Part shown: piece after piece, positions 19,387 through 28,332 of the stretch
Layout: every line of letters starts with the position of its first letter
How positions within the stretch are numbered: position 1 is the stretch's first letter
Position numbers and translations under genes: made by a program
From: an uncultured Candidatus Saccharibacteria bacterium
GTDB taxonomy: Bacteria; Patescibacteriota; Minisyncoccia; UBA6257; UBA9933
Assembly (NCBI GenBank): GCA_964367055.1
Contig: CAYIWD010000001.1
Span: 1 to 52,140, forward strand
Direction of reading: 5' to 3'
DNA length: 52,140 nucleotides
Notes under the pieces: model-generated
What the model was told of the DNA's origin: nothing
The model's database searches: none
Seen by the model: the letters and a program-made list of their open reading frames with translations, nothing else

Positions 19387-20823
19387 ATGAAAATTTTATT
19401 TATTTTTCCAAATTGGACTTCGGTTTTCGGCAACTTCTCGCGAATTGCAAAAAAGGCTTCATCTTTCCCGCCCCTGAATCTTTCGCTTCTGGCAGCCATC
19501 GCCGAAAAAGACGGTCACGCTGTTCAAATTATTGATGCGGAACTGGAATCTTTGTCAAATGAACATATATTAGAAAGGGTAAAGAATATTTCTCCTGATA
19601 TTATAGGCTTTACAGCCACATCGCCTATGTTTTCAAAAGTAGTTGATTCAGCCAATAAGATAAAAGAAAATTTTGATATACCAATTATAGTAGGCGGGCC
19701 GCATGCCACCATAGTCAAAGAAAAGGCGTTTGAAGATTGTTTTGATTTTTTATTTATTGGCGAAGCTGATAAAACATTCCATCTTTTCTTGGAGAAATTT
19801 CAAAAAGGCGGAGATTTTTCTTCTGTCCCCGGGCTGCTTATCAAGAAGAATAACGAAATTTTATTTACAGGAGATCCAGAGCCGATTACGGATTTAGATA
19901 AAATTCCTTTTCCTGTAAGGCGCTTGTTAAAAGTTGAAGAATATAAGGTGGGCACATTAAGAGGGGAAAAAGTATATACTTCGATTATGTTTTCCCGCGG
20001 TTGCCCTTTCAGTTGTATCTATTGCAGCATAAAGGTTTTTGGCAACAAAGTAAGAAGGAGAACAGTCAATAATTTGGTCGCCGAAATTGAGTCCGTTGTC
20101 AAAGATTTTAATATCAGGCATTTCTTTTTTATAGACGATGTTTTAACCCTTGATAGAAATTATATTTTAAACTTTTGCGATGAAATTGATAAACGTAAAA
20201 TAAAAATTACTTTTGAAGGAAGCACGCGGGCAAATTTAGTTGATGATGAATTGATAAAACGTTTAGCTCAGTGTGGACTTATAAGAATTAGTTTTGGGTT
20301 AGAGACCGCTGACCCGGAAATTCGCAGAATTATAAAAAAGGGAGTTCCTTTGGAGAGTTATGTGGAAGCGAATAAACTTACAAATAAATACGGTATAGAG
20401 ACAATTAATTCGGTAATGTTGGGTTTGCCAGGAGAAACTTATGAAACCATAAAAAGAACTATTTCTTTCCTTCGTAAAAGCAAAGAAATTCAGCACGCCA
20501 CATACGGCATTGCCATGCCTTATCCAGGAACGGAGTTTTTTGAGATGGCGAAAAGACAAGAGTACGGCTTAAAACTTCATACCGAAGACTTTTCAAAATA
20601 TCAAAGGTATGAATCTGCGGTATTATCCGTTAATAATATCACTCCTGAAGAATTTATCCGTCTTCAAAAAATTGGATTGCTTAAAATTTATTTAGTTCCG
20701 TGGAGGATTTACCCCACGATAAAAAGATTTGGTATACGTGCTTTGATATCTCCTCTATTTGTAAGTTTAAAAATTTTTATTAAAAATCTTTTTTCTCATA
20801 AAAAGAGTAATTTAATATTATGA
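19387..20823 (+). CDS. Cobalamin-binding (class B) radical SAM enzyme
   Basis: IIVGGPHAT and IGEADK. MFSRGCPFSCIYCSI cluster motif. Confidence 0.85.
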   Translation: MKILFIFPNWTSVFGNFSRIAKKASSFPPLNLSLLAAIAEKDGHAVQIIDAELESLSNEHILERVKNISPDIIGFTATSPMFSKVVDSANKIKENFDIPIIVGGPHATIVKEKAFEDCFDFLFIGEADKTFHLFLEKFQKGGDFSSVPGLLIKKNNEILFTGDPEPITDLDKIPFPVRRLLKVEEYKVGTLRGEKVYTSIMFSRGCPFSCIYCSIKVFGNKVRRRTVNNLVAEIESVVKDFNIRHFFFIDDVLTLDRNYILNFCDEIDKRKIKITFEGSTRANLVDDELIKRLAQCGLIRISFGLETADPEIRRIIKKGVPLESYVEANKLTNKYGIETINSVMLGLPGETYETIKRTISFLRKSKEIQHATYGIAMPYPGTEFFEMAKRQEYGLKLHTEDFSKYQRYESAVLSVNNITPEEFIRLQKIGLLKIYLVPWRIYPTIKRFGIRALISPLFVSLKIFIKNLFSHKKSNLIL

Positions 20824-21986
20824 TAAAATACTATTTGGCTGAAGATACAATTGATAAACAAGACATTAACGCCTTAATTGAGTGGCTAAAGACGTATCCG
20901 CGTTTAACCAAGGGTCCTTTAACTCCGATTTTTGAAAAAAAATGGAGCGATTGGCTGGGGCGAAAATATTCGGTATTTTGTAATTCCGGTTCATCGGCAG
21001 ATCTTTTGATGTATTACACGCTTTTGATTTCGGGTATTTTGAAAAATAAAAAAATCATTGTGCCGTCTGTGGGTTGGACAACAACAGTTTCTCCAGCCAT
21101 TCAATTCGGATTTGAGCCGATAATGTGCGAAGCTGATAAAGAAACTTTTGGTCTTGATTTAAATTATTTAGAAGAACTCTTAAAAAAACATAATCCTTCA
21201 ACGGTGATAATGGTTCAGGTTTTGGGCGTGCCGCATAAAATGGATGAATTAATGGCTTTGAAAGAAAAATACGGGTTTATTTTATTGGAAGACGCTTGCG
21301 CGGCCATGGGCTCAAGTTATAAAGGCAGGCGTGTCGGCACTTTCGGCGATATGAGCGCTTTTTCTCTGTATTTTGGCCATCAGATTTCTACGATTGAAGG
21401 TGGGTTAGTTTCAACAGATAATAAATTATTCAATAATATTCTTTTAATGCTTCGAAGCCATGGCTGGGGCAAGGATTTAGATAAAGAAACTCAAGAAGAA
21501 TTTATAAAAAAATACAATATTGATGATTTTCATTCGCCTTTTGTTTTTTACGAGCCAGGATTTAATCTTCGCCCAACCGACCTAAACGCTTTCTTGGGTA
21601 TTCGCCAAGTTGATAAAATGGAGTGGTTGATTAAAAGAAGAAGCGAAAATCACGCTATATACAAAAAAAATCTTAGCGAAGTTTTTTATATTCAAAAAAC
21701 TGAACCGGATTCGATAATTTGCAGTATTTCTTTTGGGGCCTTGGCTAAAGATATTGAGGAGCGCAGAAGGATTATTAAAGCGCTTGAAGACAATAGTATT
21801 GAAACCAGAATTTTTTCCGCGGGCAATTTGGGTCTTCACCCATTTTGGATTAACCGTTATGGGAAAAAGTCATTTCCTGTGGCTGACAGAATCCATTGGT
21901 CTGGGTTTTTCTTGCCCAATAATCCATCATTAAAACCAGAAGACATTGAATTTATTTCTAAAGTGGTGTTAGATAGTATAAAATAA
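20820..21986 (+). CDS. DegT/DnrJ/EryC1 fold, ColD-like PMP-dependent NDP-4-keto-6-deoxyhexose 3-dehydratase
   Basis: 388 aa. NSGSSADLLM. The active-site region SLYFGHQISTIEGG has His where aminotransferases carry the PLP lysine, as in ColD and RfbH. RSHGWGKDL and PGFNLRPTDLNA resemble ColD as recalled. Confidence 0.65.
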   Translation: MIKYYLAEDTIDKQDINALIEWLKTYPRLTKGPLTPIFEKKWSDWLGRKYSVFCNSGSSADLLMYYTLLISGILKNKKIIVPSVGWTTTVSPAIQFGFEPIMCEADKETFGLDLNYLEELLKKHNPSTVIMVQVLGVPHKMDELMALKEKYGFILLEDACAAMGSSYKGRRVGTFGDMSAFSLYFGHQISTIEGGLVSTDNKLFNNILLMLRSHGWGKDLDKETQEEFIKKYNIDDFHSPFVFYEPGFNLRPTDLNAFLGIRQVDKMEWLIKRRSENHAIYKKNLSEVFYIQKTEPDSIICSISFGALAKDIEERRRIIKALEDNSIETRIFSAGNLGLHPFWINRYGKKSFPVADRIHWSGFFLPNNPSLKPEDIEFISKVVLDSIK

Positions 21987-22137
21987 TATGCCCAGTAACA
22001 TTACTTCGATGACCTTGTTTTTCTGAAAAACAAGGTAAATGAGTAAGCTGGGTAAAATTAATAAAATTATTAAACAAAACTTTATCTAATAACTCAATTT
22101 ATTGAGTTATTAAGTCGAAGTAATGTCACTGGGTATG
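21987..22137. mobile_element. Family-1 start-codon insertion A (ORF-less, 143 bp between TATG copies)
   Basis: TATG|CCCAGTA ... CACTGGG|TATG. 22-bp arms at 21988-22009 and 22115-22136 with 2 mismatches. Internal perfect hairpins at 22012-22036 and 22087-22112. The right TATG supplies the ATG of the downstream gene. Confidence 0.6.
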
Positions 22138-23070
22138 GCAAAAATATTAATTACCGGCGCCGCCGGATACATCGGCTCAATTTTAACTCCAGAACTTTTG
22201 CGTCAAGGCCACGAAGTTATTGCTATTGATAATTTTATGTATGGCCAGCCCTCTCTTTTAGATTGTTGTCACTATAAAACATTAAAGGTGGTGCGCGGCG
22301 ATAGCAGAGATAAAAATTTAATTTCTCAATACATCAAAGACGTTGACTTTATTATTCCTTTGGCTTGTATTGTTGGAGCGCCGGCTTGCGATAGAGATCC
22401 AGAAGCGGCTCAAAGTACTAATTTTGGGGCGATTAAAACAATTTTGGAGCTTCGCCAACCCAACCAGAAAATCATCTTTCCCAATACAAACAGCGGTTAT
22501 GGTATAGGTCAGAAAGATATTCATTGCGATGAGAACACTGCGCTTAATCCGATTTCTTTATACGGCAAACTAAAGGTAGAAGCAGAAAAGGCAATTCTTG
22601 AATCGGGGAACGCTATTGTTTTCCGCCTAGCCACGGTGTTTGGCATCAGCCCTCGGATGCGCTTGGATTTATTGGTTAACGACTTTGTTTATCGGGCAGT
22701 TAATGACCGCTTTATCGTGCTTTTTGAAGCGCATTTTAAAAGAAATTATATTCATATTCGGGATGTGGCCCGGGCTTTTATTTATGCTATGAATAATTTT
22801 GAAAAGATGAAAAATGAAGCGTATAACATTGGTTTAAGTGACGCCAATTTATCTAAATGGGAATTATGCGAAGAAATAAAAAAACAACTGCCGAATTTTT
22901 ATTTTGTGGAAGCAAAAATCGGCGAAGATATAGACAAAAGAGATTATATTGTTTCTAATAAGAAAATTGAAAAAACCGGATTTAAACCAACTGTTTCACT
23001 TCAAGAAGGAATCACTGAATTAATAAAGGGTTATCAGATTGTCAAAAGAAATAATTTCGCCAATATTTAA
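22135..23070 (+). CDS. NAD-dependent sugar epimerase/dehydratase (extended SDR)
   Basis: MAKILITGAAGYIGS Rossmann motif and YGKLK catalytic YxxxK. The ATG at 22135 is preferred over the track start at 22123, which lies inside the repeat arm. Confidence 0.75.
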   Translation: MAKILITGAAGYIGSILTPELLRQGHEVIAIDNFMYGQPSLLDCCHYKTLKVVRGDSRDKNLISQYIKDVDFIIPLACIVGAPACDRDPEAAQSTNFGAIKTILELRQPNQKIIFPNTNSGYGIGQKDIHCDENTALNPISLYGKLKVEAEKAILESGNAIVFRLATVFGISPRMRLDLLVNDFVYRAVNDRFIVLFEAHFKRNYIHIRDVARAFIYAMNNFEKMKNEAYNIGLSDANLSKWELCEEIKKQLPNFYFVEAKIGEDIDKRDYIVSNKKIEKTGFKPTVSLQEGITELIKGYQIVKRNNFANI

Positions 23071-23075
23071 AATTT

Positions 23076-24563
23076 ATGGAAAATTTAGACGCACTTTTTG
23101 TTGTGCCGGGCGGCAGTAATAAGAAAATATTCCAAGGATTGACAGATTTAACAGCAATTGAACCACCAGCTTACGCTGGTTTATTTGTTAATCATTTACG
23201 AAATAGGGGATTCAATGTGAATATTATTGATGCTCCAGCCAGCGGATTAAGCCCGGAAGAAGTTGCTGATGAGGTAGTTAAAATCAATCCGCGTTTGGTG
23301 ATTATGGTGGTATATGGCCATCAGCCGTCAGCTTCTACTCAGAATATGCCGATAGCTGGAGAAACCTGCAAACAAATAAAGGTCAGAAATAAAAATATTA
23401 AAATTATAATGACCGGCACTCACCCGACATCTCTTCCAAGTAGAACACTTAGAGAAGAGGCAATTGATTTTGTTTGCGAAGGCGAAGGGCCAATGACTTT
23501 TATTTCTTTGCTTCGGGTTTTAAAGTCTGGCGGAGATTTGAGCAAGGTACCGGGTTTATGGTATTTAGAAAAAGGTGTTATAAAATCAAACGCGCCGGCA
23601 AAGTTAATTACTGATTTGGATAAGGAATTTTCCGGCATTTGCTGGGATTTGTTACTAATGGATAAATATCGGGCGCATAATTGGCATTGTTTTGGAGACA
23701 TTGAACATAGAAGTCCCTATGCCGCTATTCACACATCTTTCGGCTGTCCTTTTGGCTGTATTTATTGTTGTATTAACGCTCCGTTTGGCAAGCCGTCTTA
23801 TCGGATGTTTAGCCCTGATTATGTGATTAAGGAAATTGATATTTTGGTTAATAAATATGGAGTAAAGAATCTTAAATTTATTGATGAATTATTTGTTTTA
23901 AATGAGGACCATGTTGTAGAAATTTGCAATAGGATTATTGATAGAGGTTATGATTTGAATATTTGGGCTTATGCGAGAGTTGATACCACTGATGAAAAAC
24001 TTTTAGAAAAACTCCGTAAAGCCGGAATTAAATGGCTGGCATTAGGTATTGAATCAGGCAGTAAGCATGTGAGAGACGGCACCATTAAAAAAAGATTTGC
24101 CAATACCGACATTATTGATGTGGTTGAAAAAATTAAAAAAGCCGGCATCTATATCGGCGCCAATTATATTTTTGGCTTGCCCGACGATACTTTGGAAACA
24201 ATGCGGGAAACTCTTGATATGGCGCAGGAGATTAATGCCGAGTGGGCGAATTTTTATTGCGCTATGGCTTATCCTGGCTCACCATTATATAAAATTGCTA
24301 AAGAAAAAGGTTTGCCTTTACCAGATGATCCTAGCGGTCCGGGCTGGATTGGTTATTCTCAACACGCTTATGAAACTTTGCCCTTGCCCACCGAGACGCT
24401 TTCCGCGGCTGAAGTTTTGCGTTTCCGCGATAACGCTTTTAATACTTATTTTTCGAGCCCAGTTTATCTTGATATGATTAACAAGAAATTCGGCGAAAAA
24501 GCCGTTGAACATATTAAGCAAATGCTTTCTATTAAGTTGCGGAGAAAATTACTGGGAGAATAA
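23076..24563 (+). CDS. Cobalamin-binding (class B) radical SAM enzyme
   Basis: IIMTGTHPTS and CEGEGP. HTSFGCPFGCIYCCI cluster motif. Confidence 0.85.
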   Translation: MENLDALFVVPGGSNKKIFQGLTDLTAIEPPAYAGLFVNHLRNRGFNVNIIDAPASGLSPEEVADEVVKINPRLVIMVVYGHQPSASTQNMPIAGETCKQIKVRNKNIKIIMTGTHPTSLPSRTLREEAIDFVCEGEGPMTFISLLRVLKSGGDLSKVPGLWYLEKGVIKSNAPAKLITDLDKEFSGICWDLLLMDKYRAHNWHCFGDIEHRSPYAAIHTSFGCPFGCIYCCINAPFGKPSYRMFSPDYVIKEIDILVNKYGVKNLKFIDELFVLNEDHVVEICNRIIDRGYDLNIWAYARVDTTDEKLLEKLRKAGIKWLALGIESGSKHVRDGTIKKRFANTDIIDVVEKIKKAGIYIGANYIFGLPDDTLETMRETLDMAQEINAEWANFYCAMAYPGSPLYKIAKEKGLPLPDDPSGPGWIGYSQHAYETLPLPTETLSAAEVLRFRDNAFNTYFSSPVYLDMINKKFGEKAVEHIKQMLSIKLRRKLLGE

Positions 24564-24599
24564 ACTGAGAGGCAGAGTTTTCGGATTAAGAGTAATATA

Positions 24600-24637
24600 G
24601 GAGCGTAGTCAACAAAATACGCTCCTTTTTATTTTTT
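24600..24637 (+). terminator. Rho-independent terminator
   Basis: GGAGCGTA-(10 nt)-TACGCTCC followed by TTTTTATTTTTT, 36 nt after the stop at 24563. Confidence 0.75.
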
Positions 24638-24638
24638 A

Positions 24639-24667
24639 TTGACATTCAATTGTTGATTATGTAAATA
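24639..24667 (+). promoter_or_regulatory. Sigma70-like promoter TTGACA-17 nt-TAAATA
   Basis: Read directly. The -10 element ends 8 nt before the ATG at 24675, the left TATG copy of element B. Confidence 0.45.
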
Positions 24668-24673
24668 TACTAT

Positions 24674-24826
24674 TATGCCCAGTAGTGAGCCCGTGATAAA
24701 TTCAATTCCCAATTTGTCGGGTTTAGTGCTGGGGCAAAGATAGTCTATAAAGCAATAATTTAGTGATCCCAAAAAGCAATGAGTTAAATTAGACAAATTG
24801 CTATCGCGGATCTACTACTGGGTATG
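24674..24826. mobile_element. Family-1 start-codon insertion B (ORF-less, 145 bp between TATG copies)
   Basis: TATG|CCCAGTAGT ... ACTACTGGG|TATG. Internal hairpin at 24690-24721. The right TATG supplies the ATG of the GHMP kinase gene. Confidence 0.6.
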
Positions 24827-25822
24827 GTTATTACTCGAACCCCTTTTAGAATCTCATTTTTTGGCGGCGGCACGGATTATCCGGCTTGGTTTGAAAATTA
24901 CGGCAAAGGCGCGGTGCTTTCCACTGCGATTGATAAACACTGCTATCTTACCTGCCGATATTTGCCGCCATTTTTTGATTTCAAAACGCGAGTTGTTTGG
25001 TCAAAAATAGAAAACGTAAAAAATCACGACGAAATTGAACACTCTTCAGTGCGGGAAACTTTAAAATTTTTAAATATCCAAAAAGGATTAGAAATTCATC
25101 ACGCCGGAGATTTGCCGGCTCGTTCTGGCATGGGGACCAACTCTTCTTTTACCGTTGGTTTATTAAACGCCTTACATGCTTTAAACGGCAAGATGGTAAA
25201 TAAAAAACAATTGGCGTTAGACGCTATTCATGTAGACCAGGAAAGATTGAAAGAAAATGTTGGCTGTCAGGATCATGTGGCCGCGGCTTTCGGCGGTTTT
25301 AATAAAATTGAGTTTGGCGGCTCTGACAAAATAGCTGTTCAACCAATAGTTTTAAATTCAAAAAGATTTAATTCTTTTCAGGATCATTTAATGCTTTTTT
25401 TTACGGGTATAGTGAGGAACGCTTCGGATGTGGCGGCTGAGCAGATAAAAAATACTCACCAGAAAACACAGGAATTAAAAACTATGCTCCAAATGGTAGA
25501 TGAAGCAATTAAAATTTTAAGCGGAAATTATCCGCTTGATGACTTTGGCAAATTATTGAATGAAAGTTGGAAAATCAAACGAAGTTTGACTTCTCAGGTT
25601 AGTAATTCGGATATTGATGAAATTTATGAGACGGGCGTAAAAAATGGCGCTTTGGGAGGAAAACTTTTAGGCGCTGGCGGCGGAGGATTTATTCTATTCT
25701 TCGTTAAGCCGGAGCTACAGAGAAGGGTAAAAGAAGCGTTAAAAAATTTACTTTATGTTCCGTTTAGGTTTGAAAATTCTGGCAGTCAAATAATTTATTA
25801 CGCGCCGAACTACGCTTTTTAA
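24824..25822 (+). CDS. hddA: GHMP kinase, D-glycero-alpha-D-manno-heptose 7-phosphate kinase-like
   Basis: MVITRTPFRISFFGGGTDYPAW N-terminus, PARSGMGTNSSF (GHMP motif II) and GAGGGGF near the C-terminus. Confidence 0.75.
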   Translation: MVITRTPFRISFFGGGTDYPAWFENYGKGAVLSTAIDKHCYLTCRYLPPFFDFKTRVVWSKIENVKNHDEIEHSSVRETLKFLNIQKGLEIHHAGDLPARSGMGTNSSFTVGLLNALHALNGKMVNKKQLALDAIHVDQERLKENVGCQDHVAAAFGGFNKIEFGGSDKIAVQPIVLNSKRFNSFQDHLMLFFTGIVRNASDVAAEQIKNTHQKTQELKTMLQMVDEAIKILSGNYPLDDFGKLLNESWKIKRSLTSQVSNSDIDEIYETGVKNGALGGKLLGAGGGGFILFFVKPELQRRVKEALKNLLYVPFRFENSGSQIIYYAPNYAF

Positions 25823-25827
25823 AAATA

Positions 25828-27105
25828 ATGAGAGCCTTTTTTCTTGACAGGGACGGCGTCATTACAGAAGACGTCGCCTTTAAAAAAGTTGACCGGTTGA
25901 AAATATTACCAAATGTAGCGGCTGCTATAAAAAAACTTAACTCTTTAGGGTTGGTGATTATCGTAACTAACCGGCCGGATATCGCGAGGGGTGTTTTTAC
26001 CGAAGATGAGATAATTGTCTTGCATGAAAAAATGAAAGTTGAGCTGGAAGCTGACGGCGCCAAAATTAACGCTATTTATTATTGCCCCCATCACCCCGAG
26101 AGAAATCATTCTGACATTACTCCAGAACTTTTAAAATATCGGATTGATTGCGATTGCCGGAAGCCGAAAACCGGCATGCTTAAACAAGCAGCCAAGGATT
26201 TTAAGCTTGATTTTAAAAAATGTTTTATTATCGGCGACTCTATAAGAGATATTCAAGCTGGCGTTAACGCAGGAATTAAGACTATTGCTTTAAAAGCCGG
26301 CTACGAAGGGAGTAATAAAAAATTTGAAGCGGTACCTGATTTTATCGCCGCAGACATAGACGAAGCAGCTGATTTAATTGAAATGAATTTAAAAGTAAAA
26401 GCATTGATTTTGGCTGGCGGCCGAGGCGAGCGGATGAGACCCTTGACTGATAAAATACCGAAACCAATGCTAAGTGTTGCCGGAAAACCGATTATCTGGC
26501 ATCAGATAGAATTACTAAAAAAGCATGGCATCACGAAAATTGTCATTGCCGGTCATTATCTTTTTGATATAATTAAGAAATATTTTGGTTCTGGCGAAAA
26601 ATTCGGAGTGGAAATAGAGTATTCTGACGAAGCAGTTCTTATGGGGACCGGTGGCGCCATAAAGAACGCAGAAGCGTTCTTGAAAGATGTAGAGAATTTT
26701 ATTGTTTTAAGCGGCGATGTGATGGCAGAAATTGATGCTAAAAAAATTTTTCAATTTCATAAAAATAAAAAAGCTCTCGCCACCCTTGTTTTAAGGCACA
26801 GCGACCACCCTTATGACAGCGATGTTGTGAAAATTGATTCTGATTTTCGGGTGAAAAAATTTATCGGTCGTGGTCAAAAAGATTTGGATACAGCCATTAC
26901 TAGCATTTACGCTTTTAGAAATGATATTTTTAATTTTATTCCCAAAGAATTTTGTAATATCGAAAAAGACGTTATTAGTCGGATTCATGATTCTGAAGAT
27001 ATCTATGGCTATCTGACTGGTGATTATATAAAAGACATAGGCACGCTTGAGCGATATGAAAACGCCAAAAAATATTATGAAAAACAAAAAAATGTTTCGT
27101 TTTAG
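25828..27105 (+). CDS. Fusion of D,D-heptose 1,7-bisphosphate phosphatase (GmhB-like HAD) and sugar-1-phosphate nucleotidyltransferase (HddC-like)
   Basis: FLDRDGVI and CDCRKPKTGM, GDSIRDI (GmhB-type HAD with Zn Cys motif). Then ALILAGGRGERMRPLTDKIPKPML (nucleotidyltransferase signature). Confidence 0.75.
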   Translation: MRAFFLDRDGVITEDVAFKKVDRLKILPNVAAAIKKLNSLGLVIIVTNRPDIARGVFTEDEIIVLHEKMKVELEADGAKINAIYYCPHHPERNHSDITPELLKYRIDCDCRKPKTGMLKQAAKDFKLDFKKCFIIGDSIRDIQAGVNAGIKTIALKAGYEGSNKKFEAVPDFIAADIDEAADLIEMNLKVKALILAGGRGERMRPLTDKIPKPMLSVAGKPIIWHQIELLKKHGITKIVIAGHYLFDIIKKYFGSGEKFGVEIEYSDEAVLMGTGGAIKNAEAFLKDVENFIVLSGDVMAEIDAKKIFQFHKNKKALATLVLRHSDHPYDSDVVKIDSDFRVKKFIGRGQKDLDTAITSIYAFRNDIFNFIPKEFCNIEKDVISRIHDSEDIYGYLTGDYIKDIGTLERYENAKKYYEKQKNVSF

Positions 27106-28267
27106 CCCGCAAGCCGAGAAGCTTAAAGGCGAAGCCGCCTATACGGTTTTAGCCAGAGTTCAGGAATTGGAAAAAATGGGCAAAAAAATCATCCATTTGG
27201 AAATTGGTCAGCCTGATTTTGACACGCCTAAAATAATTTGCGATGAGGCAATTAAGGCAATTAAAGAGGGCAAAACAAAATATACTGCCCCTTTGGGAAT
27301 TTTTGAGTTACGTTCCGCTGTGGCTAACTATCTTAGTAAAAAAAGAGGTGTGAAAATCTCCCCGCAGATGGTGGGTATTATGCCTAGCGCAAAAATAGCT
27401 CTTTATCTTGCGATGACAGCGCTACTTAAACCGGGCGACGAAGTAATTTACCCTGATCCTGGCTTTCCCACTTACGTAAATATAGCGGAGTTTTTAGGCT
27501 GTGAGCCCAAACCAGTGCCTTTAGTAGAAAAAAATAATTTTAATTTTGACTTAGACGTTTTTTCCAGCCTGCTTAGTTCAAAAACAAAATTAATAATTTT
27601 GAATTCGCCTAATAACCCGACGGGCAGTGTCATCCCTCAAAAAAATCTTAAAATTATCAGCGATTTAATAAAAAAATATAATTGTTGGGTTCTATCAGAT
27701 GAGATATATTCCGAACTTCTTTATGACAAGTGTAAATATCCAAGCATTTATAGCATAAAAGGAATGCCGGAGCGGACATTATTAGTTCACGGCTTTTCCA
27801 AAACATATTCAATGACTGGCTGGCGTTTGGGTTATTTAATTTTTCCTAAAAAATTTGAATTAGTAGTAGACAATTTATCAGTTAATTCCTTTGCCTGTGC
27901 CGCTGATTTTACTCAGTACGCCGGAATAATGGCTATAAACAAAGCCGAAAAACCAGCCCAAAAAATGGTTCAAGAATTTGAAAAAAGAAGGAATTTTATA
28001 GTGAGTGCGCTAAATGAAATTCCTGGCATCAGTTGCCAGATGCCCAAAGGCGCTTTTTATGTTTTTCCCAATATTAAATCATTTGGTTTAAATTCTCAAA
28101 AAATGGCTGATTATTTATTGGATAAAGCTGGCGTGGCGCTTTTGCCAGGCACCGCTTTCGGCAAATACGGAGAGGGTTATTTAAGAGTTTCTTATGCCAA
28201 TTCAATTGAAAATATTGCTAAGGCAATAAGTAAAATTAAAGAAGCGCTTAAAAAATTGCGATCTTAA
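27092..28267 (+). CDS. Class I/II PLP-dependent aminotransferase (aspartate aminotransferase-like)
   Basis: NSPNNPTG and GFSKTYSMTGWRLGY (PLP lysine motif). The start is uncertain: 27047, 27077 or 27092. Confidence 0.75.
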   Translation: MFRFSPQAEKLKGEAAYTVLARVQELEKMGKKIIHLEIGQPDFDTPKIICDEAIKAIKEGKTKYTAPLGIFELRSAVANYLSKKRGVKISPQMVGIMPSAKIALYLAMTALLKPGDEVIYPDPGFPTYVNIAEFLGCEPKPVPLVEKNNFNFDLDVFSSLLSSKTKLIILNSPNNPTGSVIPQKNLKIISDLIKKYNCWVLSDEIYSELLYDKCKYPSIYSIKGMPERTLLVHGFSKTYSMTGWRLGYLIFPKKFELVVDNLSVNSFACAADFTQYAGIMAINKAEKPAQKMVQEFEKRRNFIVSALNEIPGISCQMPKGAFYVFPNIKSFGLNSQKMADYLLDKAGVALLPGTAFGKYGEGYLRVSYANSIENIAKAISKIKEALKKLRS

Positions 28268-28281
28268 AAATGCGTTCCGTA

Positions 28282-28310
28282 TTTACTTTTGGCCATAGTT
28301 GGTTTAATAT
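28282..28310 (+). promoter_or_regulatory. Promoter-like TTTACT-17 nt-TAATAT (copy 1 of a duplicated upstream block of about 50 nt)
   Basis: The block TTTACTTT..CCATAGTyGGTTTAATATArAAAATAT is repeated at 49754-49802. It lies 23 nt upstream of the ATG at 28333. Confidence 0.45.
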
Positions 28311-28332
28311 AAAAAATATCTAAAATAAACAT

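Noticed and set aside
19329-19535. Short overlapping ORFs such as 19329-19535, 21733-21933, 24097-24477, 24798-25010, 31310-31519 and 13972-14187, plus the many 60-130 aa antisense ORFs in the track
   Set aside because: Each lies within, or in an alternate frame of, a longer ORF with clear family motifs. None has recognisable motifs of its own.
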